64,000 nt of DNA, from NCBI GenBank assembly GCA_965205425.1, contig CBDBGZ010000008.1, positions 128,001 to 192,000 of the forward strand, read 5' to 3'. This document shows positions 31,395 to 42,218 of the stretch, in pieces. The notes below the pieces were generated by a model, which saw nothing but the letters and a program-made list of their open reading frames with translations, made no database searches and had not been told where the DNA came from. Position 1 is the first letter of the stretch. Each line of letters begins with the position of its first letter. Source of the stretch: Nitrosopumilus sp. Its GTDB lineage: Archaea > Thermoproteota > Nitrososphaeria > Nitrososphaerales > Nitrosopumilaceae. Position numbers and translations under genes: made by a program.

Positions 31395-32445
31395 AACAAG
31401 AGAATTAATAATTTCACCCAAAGTGTCTCAGGCACAATTAGCTAAATTTCTTCCCCAATTAGAAGACGAAGGGATTAAGATGGTGTATCTTGATCCAAAA
31501 AAACTCGGGAAGAAGAAATCAAAACTTCAAACAGTATATCCATCAAGTTCAGCAAACTATGTGGTTCTTGAAAAAGATGGACCAAAACCAAAGGGCAAAA
31601 AAGTTGGAAGGAAATTTCAAATATTATCAAATTCAGATATCGACAATGTTCTCACTATTGCCAAAAAAGGATTAGATTTTGTAGTTGTGGAAGTAAAAGA
31701 TTGGAAAATAATTCCTTTAGAAAATATTATTGCAAAATTACATAAAATTCACACAAAAATATTTGCCATTGCCAGAACCCCTGAAGAAGTACGAAAAATG
31801 TTTTCAATTTTAGAAGTTGGGGTAGATGGAGTCATCTTTAGCACATCAACAATAAACGAAGTTAGAGAGGTCATGATATACTTGGGAACCAAGAGTTTTG
31901 ACATGAAACCAGCAAAGATTACAGAAATTAAAGAAGTTGGGGATGGAGAACGAGTTTGTGTAGATACAGCATCAATGCTTCACAAAGGAGAAGGAATGTT
32001 AATTGGAAGCAGATCAAACTTTTTGTTTTTGGTCCATAATGAATCAGTTGGTTCGTCATTTACATCACCAAGACCATTTAGAGTAAATGCCGGAGCAGTT
32101 CACTGCTATACATTATCTCCAGATGGAACTACAAACTATCTCTCAGAAGTAGAAACAGGCTCAGAAGTACTAATTCTAAATTCAAAAGGTAAAGCAAGAA
32201 GAGCAACAGTAGGAAGATCAAAGATTGAACGCAGACCAATGTTAATGATTAAAGCTACAGTGAGTGGAGAAACAGGTGGAATCATAGCACAAGATGCAGA
32301 AACAATTCGCTTTGTAAAATCAAATGGACAACTAGTTTCAGTTACACATCTAAAGAAAGGAGATACTGTAATGGTGCATTCAAAACCTGCAACAGGCAGA
32401 CATTTTGGAATGGAAGTTTCAGATGAATACATTCTAGAAAAATGA
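31387..32445 (+). CDS. aroB': 3-dehydroquinate synthase II
   Basis: DWKIIPLEN, RVCVDT, RPFRVNAGAVH, GRHFG. Confidence 0.95.
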   Translation: MSKTRELIISPKVSQAQLAKFLPQLEDEGIKMVYLDPKKLGKKKSKLQTVYPSSSANYVVLEKDGPKPKGKKVGRKFQILSNSDIDNVLTIAKKGLDFVVVEVKDWKIIPLENIIAKLHKIHTKIFAIARTPEEVRKMFSILEVGVDGVIFSTSTINEVREVMIYLGTKSFDMKPAKITEIKEVGDGERVCVDTASMLHKGEGMLIGSRSNFLFLVHNESVGSSFTSPRPFRVNAGAVHCYTLSPDGTTNYLSEVETGSEVLILNSKGKARRATVGRSKIERRPMLMIKATVSGETGGIIAQDAETIRFVKSNGQLVSVTHLKKGDTVMVHSKPATGRHFGMEVSDEYILEK

Positions 32446-33113
32446 AATACAAGACATGCGTATCAATTGCAGAGACAACACCGGCAAAAACAAAAAAAAT
32501 ATTAAAAATTGCACTATCAAAGTCAGATTTTGTTGAAGTAAGATTTGATTTTATAAAAATAGAACAGATTCCTGAAACAATAGAGATGATTAAAAAAGAT
32601 CTCAACAGAATTGTGTGTACATTAAGACCAAAAACAGAAGGAGGAAAATTTTCTGGAAATGAAAAGGAAAGAATAGCAATTTTAAAATTGATTGCAGAGT
32701 ACAACCCATTCCTTTTAGATGTTGAATTTAACACATTGAAAAATAATTCATCATTAACAAAATATTTGAAATCAACAAAAACAAAATTACTTGTATCATG
32801 GCACGATTTTAAAAAAACACCAAATTCTTCAGAATTAAAAAAGAAGATCAATCAAATGAGTAAATTTTCAACAAATGTCAAAATTGTAAGTACTGCTAAA
32901 ACTACAGATGATTCAACTAGAATGCTCGAATTGTATAGTAAAAAAGGAAAAAACAATCTAATTTCATTTGCTATGGGAGATTATGGCAGAATCTCAAGAA
33001 TTTTGTGCCTATATTTGGGTAGTCCATACACGTATGTTTCATTAGGAAAGGCAATTGCCCCTGGACAGTTCAGTGTTGACGAAGTGAAAAAAATTACAAA
33101 TTTAAAAAAATAG
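32442..33113 (+). CDS. aroD: type I 3-dehydroquinate dehydratase
   Basis: EVRFD, TLRPKTEGG, SWHDF, APGQ. Confidence 0.93.
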   Translation: MKYKTCVSIAETTPAKTKKILKIALSKSDFVEVRFDFIKIEQIPETIEMIKKDLNRIVCTLRPKTEGGKFSGNEKERIAILKLIAEYNPFLLDVEFNTLKNNSSLTKYLKSTKTKLLVSWHDFKKTPNSSELKKKINQMSKFSTNVKIVSTAKTTDDSTRMLELYSKKGKNNLISFAMGDYGRISRILCLYLGSPYTYVSLGKAIAPGQFSVDEVKKITNLKK

Positions 33114-33163
33114 TACTAGAATAGTTGAGAGTTTAAATCAATCATATAACTCAAGGAAATACG

Positions 33164-33985
33164 ATGGGCAAATCATTTGCGGTAATTGGAGATCCTATTG
33201 ATCATTCATTGTCTCCAAATATACACAGTGCAGCCTTTAGAGAAATGGATTTAGATTCATCATACATTGCATACAGAATTCCAAAAGGAGAATTAGAAGA
33301 AGGGATTGAAGGATTAAAAAAAATAAAAATTACCGGATTCAACATCACCATACCACATAAAATTGAGATGATGAAATATCTCGATAAAATTGATGAATCA
33401 TGTAGTGTGATAGGAGCAGTCAATACTGTATCAAACAATGAAGGAATTTTAAAAGGATACAATACAGATATGGATGGATTCTTAGAACCTTTTAAGAAAA
33501 AAGAATTAAGCATTACAGGAACCAAAGTCCTTTTACTTGGTGCAGGGGGAGCAGCAAGAGCAATCGTAGCAGGATTTGCAAAAGAAAAAGCAAAAATCAT
33601 AACCATTGCAAATAGAACAATAGAGAAAGCAAATGATCTTGCAGTATTTTCTAAATCAATTGGATTAGATGCAGTTGCTATAAAAATAGAAGATGTTAAA
33701 GATACTGCAAAAAATTACGATATTATTGTAAATGCCACATCAGTTGGCCTAAAAAATGAATCAAGTGTAATATCGCTAGAGGGAATAAATGAAAAAACAA
33801 TTGTTTACGATATTGTTTACATGCCAATGAATACAGATTTTATTAAAAAAGCAAAAGAAGAAAAAGCAATTATTATTTATGGATATGAAATGCTTCTAGG
33901 CCAAGCAGTTAGAGCCTTTGAGATTTGGCATGGTATAGAAGCACCTTATAATGCCATGAAAAAATCATTGTTAGGAGGATTTTGA
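33164..33985 (+). CDS. aroE: shikimate dehydrogenase
   Basis: HSLSP, NITIPHK, NTD, GAGGAA. Confidence 0.95.
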   Translation: MGKSFAVIGDPIDHSLSPNIHSAAFREMDLDSSYIAYRIPKGELEEGIEGLKKIKITGFNITIPHKIEMMKYLDKIDESCSVIGAVNTVSNNEGILKGYNTDMDGFLEPFKKKELSITGTKVLLLGAGGAARAIVAGFAKEKAKIITIANRTIEKANDLAVFSKSIGLDAVAIKIEDVKDTAKNYDIIVNATSVGLKNESSVISLEGINEKTIVYDIVYMPMNTDFIKKAKEEKAIIIYGYEMLLGQAVRAFEIWHGIEAPYNAMKKSLLGGF

Positions 33986-34839
33986 TGGCAAAAGCAAAGG
34001 CTACAGTCCACGGGGCAGTATCATTAGTGAATGCAATTGCAAACCAAAAAGGAGCTACTTTAGGAATTGCCCTAAAGGTAGAGGCTACAGTAGAAAGTTC
34101 ATCAGGTAAAGGCATTTCAATTCAATCAGAAAACAAGAGTCTTAGCTCTAGGTTGATCAATAAAACAGTGGAAAAAATTGTTTCAAAAAAAGATTTAGAA
34201 CAAAATAAAATTACTATTACACTAGACTCAGAAATTCCAACAGGATATGGATTAAAGAGTTCAAGTGCAATATCTTCAGCAATTGCACTAGCTTGTGCAA
34301 AAATATTCAAACCAAAGTTTACTGATCAACAAATTTTACTTGCAGGAGTAGATGCATCAATTGAATCTAAAGTGAGTATAACTGGAGCATATGATGATGC
34401 ATGTTCATGTTATTATGGAGGATTTAATGTTACAGATAATGCAAAGAAAAAAAGAATCCAATTTGAGAAAGGGCCATCAAATCTTATTGCAGTAATATTT
34501 ATTCCAAAAAATAGAAAACGGGGAAATCTAAAGAAGCTCAAAATCCTTTCATCAGTATTTGAAAATGCATGGGAATTAGCTAGAAAAACAAACTATTGGG
34601 AAGCAATGATAATAAATGGATTAGCTACTTCATCAATTTTAAATTCAGATCCTAAAATAATTACAGATTTAATAGAAAAAGGTGCACTTGGAGCATCAGT
34701 TTCAGGTAATGGGCCATCAATTGCAGCAATTGTAAAGAAAGAAAATGAATCAACCATCAAAAAAGTATTCTCTACATTAGAAGGAAATATTATAGTTTCA
34801 AAAATTAGCAACAAAAAGGCAGAAGTTCATGAAATGTAA
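33985..34839 (+). CDS. aroK: archaeal (GHMP) shikimate kinase
   Basis: IPTGYGLKSSSA, ITGAYDDA, SGNGPS. Confidence 0.93.
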   Translation: MAKAKATVHGAVSLVNAIANQKGATLGIALKVEATVESSSGKGISIQSENKSLSSRLINKTVEKIVSKKDLEQNKITITLDSEIPTGYGLKSSSAISSAIALACAKIFKPKFTDQQILLAGVDASIESKVSITGAYDDACSCYYGGFNVTDNAKKKRIQFEKGPSNLIAVIFIPKNRKRGNLKKLKILSSVFENAWELARKTNYWEAMIINGLATSSILNSDPKIITDLIEKGALGASVSGNGPSIAAIVKKENESTIKKVFSTLEGNIIVSKISNKKAEVHEM

Positions 34840-36097
34840 AATTGTTAAATCAAAAATTTCAGGCGAAATAGTTTGTCCTCCAAATAAGAGCTATACACAT
34901 AGAGCAATTTTTCTTGCATCACTTGCTGGAAAAAATAGTACAGTTGAGAATGTATTACTTTCAGCAGACACAAGTGCAACAATAGATACTTGCAAAAAGT
35001 TTGGTGCAGAAATTGAGGTTAAAGATTCGTCAATTATAGTCAAAAATCCAATAAAAATAGGCACAAAAGTACCTGAAATCAATACAGAAAATTCAGGCAC
35101 CACAATAAGGATAGCTTCAGGAATTGCTAGTTTGTTTTCTGAAGAAATTACGCTTACAGGAGATTCAAGTTTACAAAAAAGACCCATGCAGCCACTCTTG
35201 GATGCATTAACAAGTATTGGTGCACAATGTAGTTCAACTGATGGGAAACCACCAATCAAGATTAAAGGAAAAATCGTAGGGGGTGAAGTTAAAATCCCAG
35301 GAAATTTTTCCAGTCAATTTATTTCGGCATTATTAATTTGTGCACCACTAACAGAAAATGGAATTAATTTAACCATAGAAGGAAACTTGGTATCAAAACC
35401 ATATCTTGATGCAACTATAGCTACTATGAGAAAGTTTGGCGTAACAGTTCAAACACTTATTCCGTACAAAAGATACAACATACCCCCACAAATCTACAAA
35501 GAATCTACATTTACAGTTCCAATAGATTTTTCAAGTCTAGCACTACTTCTTTCAGCAATTGTTCTAAATGGAGAAGATGTGATTGTGAAAGGAAACATCG
35601 GCAATTTACCTCAAGGAGATGAACTCTTTATCGACATTTTAGAACAGTTAGGAGTCATAGTTTTAATGGATGATGACCACATCAAAATTCAATCACCTGA
35701 AAAACTAAAGGGTGGAAAATTTGATTTGAGTAATTCACCAGATCTTCTCCCACCACTTGCAATTTTAGCATTAAATTCATCAGCACCAATTGAAATATTC
35801 AATGTAAAACATGCAAGACTAAAAGAAACAGATAGAATTGCAATTGTATCTAGAGAACTTGTAAAACTTGGAATGAAAATTCAAGAGAATGAAGGTGGGT
35901 TAATTTTAGAAGCGTCTGAAAAAATTTCAGGAGCTAATTTAATTTCTGAAGAGGACCACAGATTATTCATGGCTTTTTGTATTGCAGGAATGTATGTAGG
36001 AGATTGTACTGTAACGGATCCGGAATCAGTAAAAGTGTCATATCCAAATTTTGTCGAAGAGATGAATCGTATGGGTGCAAAAATTCAAACAGAATAA
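34829..36097 (+). CDS. aroA: EPSP synthase
   Basis: KSYTHRA, NSGTT, SSQF, KETDR, DHR. Confidence 0.95.
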   Translation: MKCKIVKSKISGEIVCPPNKSYTHRAIFLASLAGKNSTVENVLLSADTSATIDTCKKFGAEIEVKDSSIIVKNPIKIGTKVPEINTENSGTTIRIASGIASLFSEEITLTGDSSLQKRPMQPLLDALTSIGAQCSSTDGKPPIKIKGKIVGGEVKIPGNFSSQFISALLICAPLTENGINLTIEGNLVSKPYLDATIATMRKFGVTVQTLIPYKRYNIPPQIYKESTFTVPIDFSSLALLLSAIVLNGEDVIVKGNIGNLPQGDELFIDILEQLGVIVLMDDDHIKIQSPEKLKGGKFDLSNSPDLLPPLAILALNSSAPIEIFNVKHARLKETDRIAIVSRELVKLGMKIQENEGGLILEASEKISGANLISEEDHRLFMAFCIAGMYVGDCTVTDPESVKVSYPNFVEEMNRMGAKIQTE

Positions 36098-36133
36098 AAT
36101 TATTTTTCAAAAAATTACTTTATGAGATAAAAG

Positions 36134-36217
36134 GCGCGACCCTGTATAGAGTGAAAAGCATTCTCCTCACCCATAACGCTTTTGCGTAGATAACATGTCT
36201 TTTTCGCAGGGCCGCGC
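36134..36217 (-). ncRNA. candidate structured small RNA
   Basis: GC-rich 11-bp closing stem and inner 9-bp stem, each with a G-U pair only on the minus strand; T-run follows. Confidence 0.5.
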
Positions 36218-36427
36218 AAATTATTCGTTATAATTTACACGATTTTGCATATATTATGTACGTTATAATGATATTTAAGAATATATTATAAATATTTCAT
36301 ATAATGTTTAATTATTTTATAATTTTCAAACAGGTACAAAGTAGAATCAAAAAATAATCAATTTTGTGGTAAAATTTTCAGATAATTTCATAATGAGGAA
36401 TTATAAACATCGATTAACTTTGATAGT

Positions 36428-37525
36428 ATGTTGCCGGGAAGTTCTATTGGTCAGCGTCTTGTTTTAACAAGTTTTGGTGAAAGTCATGGAAAATCCATTG
36501 GTGCCGTCTTAGATGGTTGTCCTGCAGGATTAGAACTAGATGAAAAAGATATACAAAAAATGTTAGATCTTAGAAAACCAGGTCAAAATATTATTTCAAC
36601 ACAAAGAAAAGAAGGAGATGTAGTTGAAATAATTTCAGGGGTTTTTAGAGGACACACAACTGGTGCACCAATTACAATGCTAATTTGGAACAGTGATCAA
36701 AAATCAAAAGATTATGAAAATTTGAAAACAAATCTCAGACCAGGTCATTCAGATTATCCAGCCATGACAAAGTATAATCATTTTAATGATCATAGAGGGG
36801 GCGGAAGATTTTCAGGAAGATTAACTGCAACTCATGTAATGGGAGGAGCTGTTGCTAGAAAGCTACTCAAAGTTTCATTAGGTATTGAGACTAATTCATT
36901 TGTAACACAGATTGGAAAAACAAAGATGGAAAGAGAATTTAATGAAAAAATGATTAATTCTATTTATAAAAATGAAGTACGCTGCCCAGAAAATAAAACT
37001 GCAAAAATAATGAGGGCAGATATTTTAAATGCCAAAAAGAAAGGAGATTCACTTGGAGGAATAATTGAATCAGTTACAACTAAAGTTCCAGTTGGGTTAG
37101 GAGAGCCAATTTTTAGTTCGCTAGAATCAGATTTGAGCAAAGCTATTTTTTCAATTCCATCAGTGAAAGGAATTGAGTTTGGTTCAGGATTTAGAGGTTC
37201 AGAACTATACGGTTCAGAAAATAATGACTTGTACACAGTAAAGAAAGGAAAAATAGTCACAGAAACAAATAGATCTGGAGGAATTCTAGGGGGCATTTCA
37301 AACGGAATGCCAATTACTATGAGAATTGCTTTCAAACCAGCATCATCGATTGCACAAAAACAAAAAACAGTAGACATTAAAACAAAAAAAGAAACCACCC
37401 TTCAAGTTAAAGGTAGACATGATCCATGTGTAGTACCAAGAGCACCACCAGTAGTAGACTCACTTGTAGCATTAACAATGGCAGATCATGCACTATTTTC
37501 TGGAGCAATTAAACCAGTAATATAA
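36428..37525 (+). CDS. aroC: chorismate synthase
   Basis: GESHG, RPGH, GRHDPC. Confidence 0.96.
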   Translation: MLPGSSIGQRLVLTSFGESHGKSIGAVLDGCPAGLELDEKDIQKMLDLRKPGQNIISTQRKEGDVVEIISGVFRGHTTGAPITMLIWNSDQKSKDYENLKTNLRPGHSDYPAMTKYNHFNDHRGGGRFSGRLTATHVMGGAVARKLLKVSLGIETNSFVTQIGKTKMEREFNEKMINSIYKNEVRCPENKTAKIMRADILNAKKKGDSLGGIIESVTTKVPVGLGEPIFSSLESDLSKAIFSIPSVKGIEFGSGFRGSELYGSENNDLYTVKKGKIVTETNRSGGILGGISNGMPITMRIAFKPASSIAQKQKTVDIKTKKETTLQVKGRHDPCVVPRAPPVVDSLVALTMADHALFSGAIKPVI

Positions 37526-37529
37526 GAAA

Positions 37530-38900
37530 ATGTCAGACATTAATGATCTTCGTAATAAGATGGATGAAGTTACTCTAAAAATGATAGAGTTACTAAAGAA
37601 TAGAACAGACATTGCAAGAGAAATTGGAGAAGTTAAAAAAAATATTGGTAAAGGAGTAACAGACGAAGCAAGAGAAGATAGTTTACGTGGAAAAGTAATT
37701 TCATTATGTAATAACATTGGACTTGATGAAACGATTGCTACAAAATTTCTAAATTTTCTGTTAAACGAATCAATAAAAGTTCAATCATCTAACAAGCAAA
37801 CACATCTTTCAATTTTCCTAAAAGCAAAATCTCTTGAAGCTCAAGGGAAAAAAATTATTCATATGGAAGTTGGTGAACCAGACTTTTTACCTCCAAAGAT
37901 TGTAAAAGATGCATTAGAAGAAGTATTTGAAAAAGGATTTCTAAAGTATGGTCAAGCAAAAGGAATGCCTTCATTTAGAGAAGCACTTGCAAAATACGCA
38001 TCTAATAAATTCAATGCAGATATCAAAGAAGATAATATCATCGTTAGTCCGGGTGCCAGATTTTCAATTTTTACAGCAATAACAACTCTATTGAATCCAG
38101 GAGATGAAATGATTGTGATTGAGCCTGCATGGCCAGCCTACAAAGATTGTGCATTAGATGCAGGAATCAAGGTCAGAACAATCAATACAACTTTTGAAGA
38201 CAAATGGGAACCGTCATTAGAACAAATCAAAAATACAATTAATTCAAATACAAAAATGATTGTACTGAATTATCCAAATAATCCAACTGGGAAAATTCTT
38301 GAAGAAAAATTACAAGATGATATTATTGAACTTGCAAGGAAAAATAATCTCCATGTGTTAAGTGATGAAATCTATTCACAGTATGCAAAAACAAAATGGA
38401 AAAGTGTCCTGAGTTACAATTATGAGAAAAGTATTGTAACTCAATCATTTTCAAAATCTCATGCAATGACAGGGTTCAGAATAGGATACGGTATTGCAGA
38501 TTCAAAAATAATTGAAAAAATGGCAAAATTAGAGGCATTGTGTCTTACAAATGTCTCAGAGCCAATACAGTACATAGCCATGAAAGCCCTAGAAGCAGAT
38601 ACATCCAACAATACTAATACAGTACAAAACAGACTAGATGTGTTGGCACAAAAAGCAAAGGATATGGGATTAGACTTTATCATCCCTGATGGTGCAATGT
38701 ATCTTTTTGCCAGAGTCAATCAAGAAGGATTTGATGGAGTTCAATTTGCAAATAGCACATTAGAGAAAGGTTTGGCAGTAGCACCAGGAGAAGGATTTGG
38801 AAATTACAAAAATTTTATCAGACTCTCAGCATGTCAAGATGAAAATACATTGATTGAGGGAATGAATATACTAAGCAACATCATGAGTGATAATCAATGA
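37530..38900 (+). CDS. chorismate mutase - class I/II aminotransferase fusion
   Basis: AroQ-like N-terminus; PNNPTG, DEIY, SFSKSHAMTGFRIG. Confidence 0.88.
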   Translation: MSDINDLRNKMDEVTLKMIELLKNRTDIAREIGEVKKNIGKGVTDEAREDSLRGKVISLCNNIGLDETIATKFLNFLLNESIKVQSSNKQTHLSIFLKAKSLEAQGKKIIHMEVGEPDFLPPKIVKDALEEVFEKGFLKYGQAKGMPSFREALAKYASNKFNADIKEDNIIVSPGARFSIFTAITTLLNPGDEMIVIEPAWPAYKDCALDAGIKVRTINTTFEDKWEPSLEQIKNTINSNTKMIVLNYPNNPTGKILEEKLQDDIIELARKNNLHVLSDEIYSQYAKTKWKSVLSYNYEKSIVTQSFSKSHAMTGFRIGYGIADSKIIEKMAKLEALCLTNVSEPIQYIAMKALEADTSNNTNTVQNRLDVLAQKAKDMGLDFIIPDGAMYLFARVNQEGFDGVQFANSTLEKGLAVAPGEGFGNYKNFIRLSACQDENTLIEGMNILSNIMSDNQ

Positions 38901-39748
38901 AGAAGATCACAGTTATCGGGGCAGGAGGTCAAATGGGCCAATGGTTTGTAAAATATTTTGCAGGTGAAGGGTTTGAAGTTACAGGATATGATACGGAAAA
39001 TAAAATTACTGGAAAAGACACTATCACATCAGAATCACTAGTGGGTGGAATTTTAAAGGCAGATTATGTTGTATTGTGCACACCTACAAGAAGAACCCCT
39101 GAAATCATTAGATTGATTGCAAAAGAGATGAAAAGAGGAACATATCTAATTGAGATATCATCTGAAAAATCCAAAGTAGTTTCATCATTATCAAAAATGC
39201 CAGCAAAAATTAATCCAATTTGTATACATCCAATGTTCGGCCCAGGAATTAAAACAATCAAAGGCCAAAATATTATTTCAGTTCCAATTAAAGATGCTAA
39301 AAAAGAATTAACGGTTGCAAAGACATTGTTTGAAGGAGCAAACTTTGTCACCATAGATGCAGCTGAACACGACAAAAAAATTGCAGTAATTTTAGGATTA
39401 ACACATTTAATGAATTTGGTTTTTGCAAACATCATTTCAAAAGATGAAAAAATGAATCTCACAGAAAAAATGTCTGGAACAACTTTCAGAGTTCAAAAAA
39501 CTCTAGCAGAAAGTATTATGACAGAATCTCCAGAACTAATTGAGACCATCATTGCAAATCCAGAAATTCGCAGAGTTGCTGAAGAGCTTTGGAAAGACAT
39601 TGGTAGACTATTAACATCTGTTCAAGAATCAAAGACAGAAGAAGTTGTTAACTACATCAAAGAATGCCAAGAAAGACTTGCCAAACATACTGACACCAAT
39701 GAGTCATACAAAAAACTCACAAAAATGGTTAAAGCAGTTGAAAAATAG
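38897..39748 (+). CDS. tyrA: prephenate dehydrogenase
   Basis: GAGGQMG, HPMFGP, EHDK. Confidence 0.92.
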   Translation: MKKITVIGAGGQMGQWFVKYFAGEGFEVTGYDTENKITGKDTITSESLVGGILKADYVVLCTPTRRTPEIIRLIAKEMKRGTYLIEISSEKSKVVSSLSKMPAKINPICIHPMFGPGIKTIKGQNIISVPIKDAKKELTVAKTLFEGANFVTIDAAEHDKKIAVILGLTHLMNLVFANIISKDEKMNLTEKMSGTTFRVQKTLAESIMTESPELIETIIANPEIRRVAEELWKDIGRLLTSVQESKTEEVVNYIKECQERLAKHTDTNESYKKLTKMVKAVEK

Positions 39749-39753
39749 CGGAA

Positions 39754-40158
39754 ATGCGCTCAACAAAGATTGTTACATCATTCATTAGAGATAACGAAAA
39801 ATTATTGATTCTCAAACGAAGTGATAAAGTAAAATCCATGAAAGGATTATGGGCAGGAGTTAGTGGAATCATTGAAAACAATGAAGAGCCCCTTACAAGA
39901 GCAAAAATAGAAATTTTTGAAGAGGTTGGGATTACTGAAGACAAAATTACTTTGATCAAAGCTTCAGAAGAAATGAGAGTCAACTCACCACAATACAAAA
40001 ATCATGAATGGGAGATATTTCCATTCTTGTTTGAATCTAGTAATCCCACCATCAAACTAAATTGGGAAAATTCAGATTTTAAATGGATAGATATTGAAGA
40101 ATTAGAAAAATTTGAAACTGTACCTAGTCTTCAAAAAGTTTTATTCAATTTGTTGTAA
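39754..40158 (+). CDS. NUDIX hydrolase
   Basis: SGIIE...EIFEEVG Nudix-like box. Confidence 0.85.
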   Translation: MRSTKIVTSFIRDNEKLLILKRSDKVKSMKGLWAGVSGIIENNEEPLTRAKIEIFEEVGITEDKITLIKASEEMRVNSPQYKNHEWEIFPFLFESSNPTIKLNWENSDFKWIDIEELEKFETVPSLQKVLFNLL

Positions 40159-41469
40159 ATTTTCATTTTCTTTATCATATTTTTTCTGTTGTGGCAACAT
40201 CATATAGACACAAGCACCACCACACATTGTACAAGGTACATTATTTCCAGGGTGTTGTCCAGTTCTACTGTGAATTTTTGCTGCCTCTTCAGGATCAATA
40301 GATAATGCAAGTTGTTTTTCCCAATCTAATGTACGTCTAGCTTCAGTCATCTCCATATCCCATTTGATTACTTTATCACGAATCTTTACAAGATCACCTG
40401 CATGAGCTGCAATTCTATATGCAATTAATCCAGCCTTTACTTCTTCAGCATTGGGCAATGCCAAATGTTCAGAGGGAGTTAGATAACATAAAAGATCTAC
40501 ACCTTCACTTGCAGAAACTGCAGCCCCAATTGCACTGGCAATGTGATCATGTCCAGAAGCAATATCAGTTACCAACGGACCAAGAACATAATACGGAACA
40601 TCACCAATTAATGATTTTGCCAATCTAACATTTGCTGCAACTTCATTTAATGGAACATGTCCAGGTCCTTCAATCATTACTTGAACATCATGTTCATAAG
40701 CACGTTTAGTTAATCGAGATATATTGATCATCTCTTGAACCTGTAATTCATCATGAGAATCCAAGATCGAGCCTGGTCTTAATGCATCTCCAAGGCTAAA
40801 GGTGACATCATATTTTTTTGCAATTTCCATCATGTAATCATAATGAGTGACATATGGATTTTCTTTGTCATGCTTTAACATCCATGCAGCAGTAATTGTT
40901 CCACCTTTACTTACAACTCCACCATATCTTTGAACTTTGAGGATTCTTTTTGCAATATCTTTAGTAATCCCACAATGAACAGTGGTATAGTCAACTCCAT
41001 CTTTTGCATTGTTTTCAAATGCATTAAGATAATCATCTTCAGTTAAATTTAAAGGGTTTTTGTGAACTTCAACTCCATAGTTGTAAGCTTCATAGATTGG
41101 AACAGTTCCAAAAGTAATAGGGGCAGCATCCAAAAGTGTTTGACGTATTTTTTTAACATCTCCACCATCACTAAGATCCATTATAGTATCTGCATGATAT
41201 TTTATTGCAACTTTTGCTTTTTCGACTTCTTCTTCAATGTTTACGTTTAGTGTAGAAGTTCCAATGTTTACATTGACTTTTGTTTTAAGGCCTTTTCCAA
41301 TTCCGACATTGTGAATTTTTTGTGGTCTAACATTATTACTTGGAATAATAATAGAACCTTTTGCAATTTTTGGAATTAGCCAATCCAGTGAAACATCCTC
41401 ATCTTTTGCTACTTGCTTCATTTCATCAGTAGCTACACCACGTCTAGCTGAAGTCATTTGAGTGGCCAT
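40141..41469 (-). CDS. thiC: phosphomethylpyrimidine synthase
   Basis: KVNVNIG, SLGDALRPG, EGPGH, CTMCGGAC. Confidence 0.96.
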   Translation of the reverse strand: MATQMTSARRGVATDEMKQVAKDEDVSLDWLIPKIAKGSIIIPSNNVRPQKIHNVGIGKGLKTKVNVNIGTSTLNVNIEEEVEKAKVAIKYHADTIMDLSDGGDVKKIRQTLLDAAPITFGTVPIYEAYNYGVEVHKNPLNLTEDDYLNAFENNAKDGVDYTTVHCGITKDIAKRILKVQRYGGVVSKGGTITAAWMLKHDKENPYVTHYDYMMEIAKKYDVTFSLGDALRPGSILDSHDELQVQEMINISRLTKRAYEHDVQVMIEGPGHVPLNEVAANVRLAKSLIGDVPYYVLGPLVTDIASGHDHIASAIGAAVSASEGVDLLCYLTPSEHLALPNAEEVKAGLIAYRIAAHAGDLVKIRDKVIKWDMEMTEARRTLDWEKQLALSIDPEEAAKIHSRTGQHPGNNVPCTMCGGACVYMMLPQQKKYDKENENLQQIE

Positions 41470-41602
41470 AACATATTCTATGTTTTTACCTGATTTAAAC
41501 AAATAGTGAAAACCATGAAAATCTATGATCGCATGAAAAAAGGATCACACTATATTAAGAAACATGATCGGTCTTTTATGTCATAAATTGGTATTAGATC
41601 AC

Positions 41603-41701
41603 ATGAGAACAATTAGAGAATGTAGACATTGTGGAAGAGAATTCTACAGTATGAAAGAAGAGTTTTGTTCTAATGATTGCATCACTCAAACATCAGCATA
41701 A
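41603..41701 (+). CDS. 32-aa zinc-finger microprotein (TRASH/MYM-like)
   Basis: MRTIRECRHCGREFYSMKEEFCSNDCITQTSA. Confidence 0.6.
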   Translation: MRTIRECRHCGREFYSMKEEFCSNDCITQTSA

Positions 41702-41710
41702 TAATTTAGA

Positions 41711-41953
41711 TTAATCAAGATTTAATTCATTTTCCAAAATAGCTTTTTCTGATTTAATTTTAGTAATTCTGTCTACAATAGGCACAGTAAGACGCTTAGA
41801 ATCAGGAGAATTTGCAAAATTTTGTTTGATTTCAAATAATCTTTGAGATAATTCAATTTCTGCGGAAAATAGAGAAATGTAATTACGAAGTTTTTGATTT
41901 TCAGATTTTACAGAATCCAATTCTGTAATATCCATTATCGTGGAGGACTCCAA
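41711..41953 (-). CDS. hypothetical coiled-coil protein
   Basis: 80-aa ORF. Confidence 0.6.
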   Translation of the reverse strand: MESSTIMDITELDSVKSENQKLRNYISLFSAEIELSQRLFEIKQNFANSPDSKRLTVPIVDRITKIKSEKAILENELNLD

Positions 41954-42123
41954 CTCTCTTCCATTGTATCGTCTAAGTTTTTGGAAACAAGATATTGTTT
42001 ACCACATTTGAAACATTGCCAGAGGAATTTATCATCTTTAATAGTTTGATATTGCATAGGTAACAAACAAGTTGTACACTGCAACGTTTCAGGAACGCCA
42101 TCAACCATAGGAATTTTTGTCAT
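41935..42123 (-). CDS. small zinc-ribbon protein
   Basis: CTTC...CFKCG. Confidence 0.6.
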   Translation of the reverse strand: MTKIPMVDGVPETLQCTTCLLPMQYQTIKDDKFLWQCFKCGKQYLVSKNLDDTMEESWSPPR

Positions 42124-42218
42124 TAAAGAAAAGACCGTTGTTCAAGTATAAAATAGATATTACAAAAAACTAGACAGAATGCGAAATACAGATTAGTGCT
42201 TTAAAATAAGAAAAGATT

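Noticed and set aside
37530..38900. Chorismate mutase-aminotransferase fusion as a novelty
   Set aside because: Fits the aromatic pathway context and, to my knowledge, is usual in this lineage.
41470..41600. TPP riboswitch upstream of thiC
   Set aside because: No CUGAGA or ACCUGA core motifs or GC stems visible.
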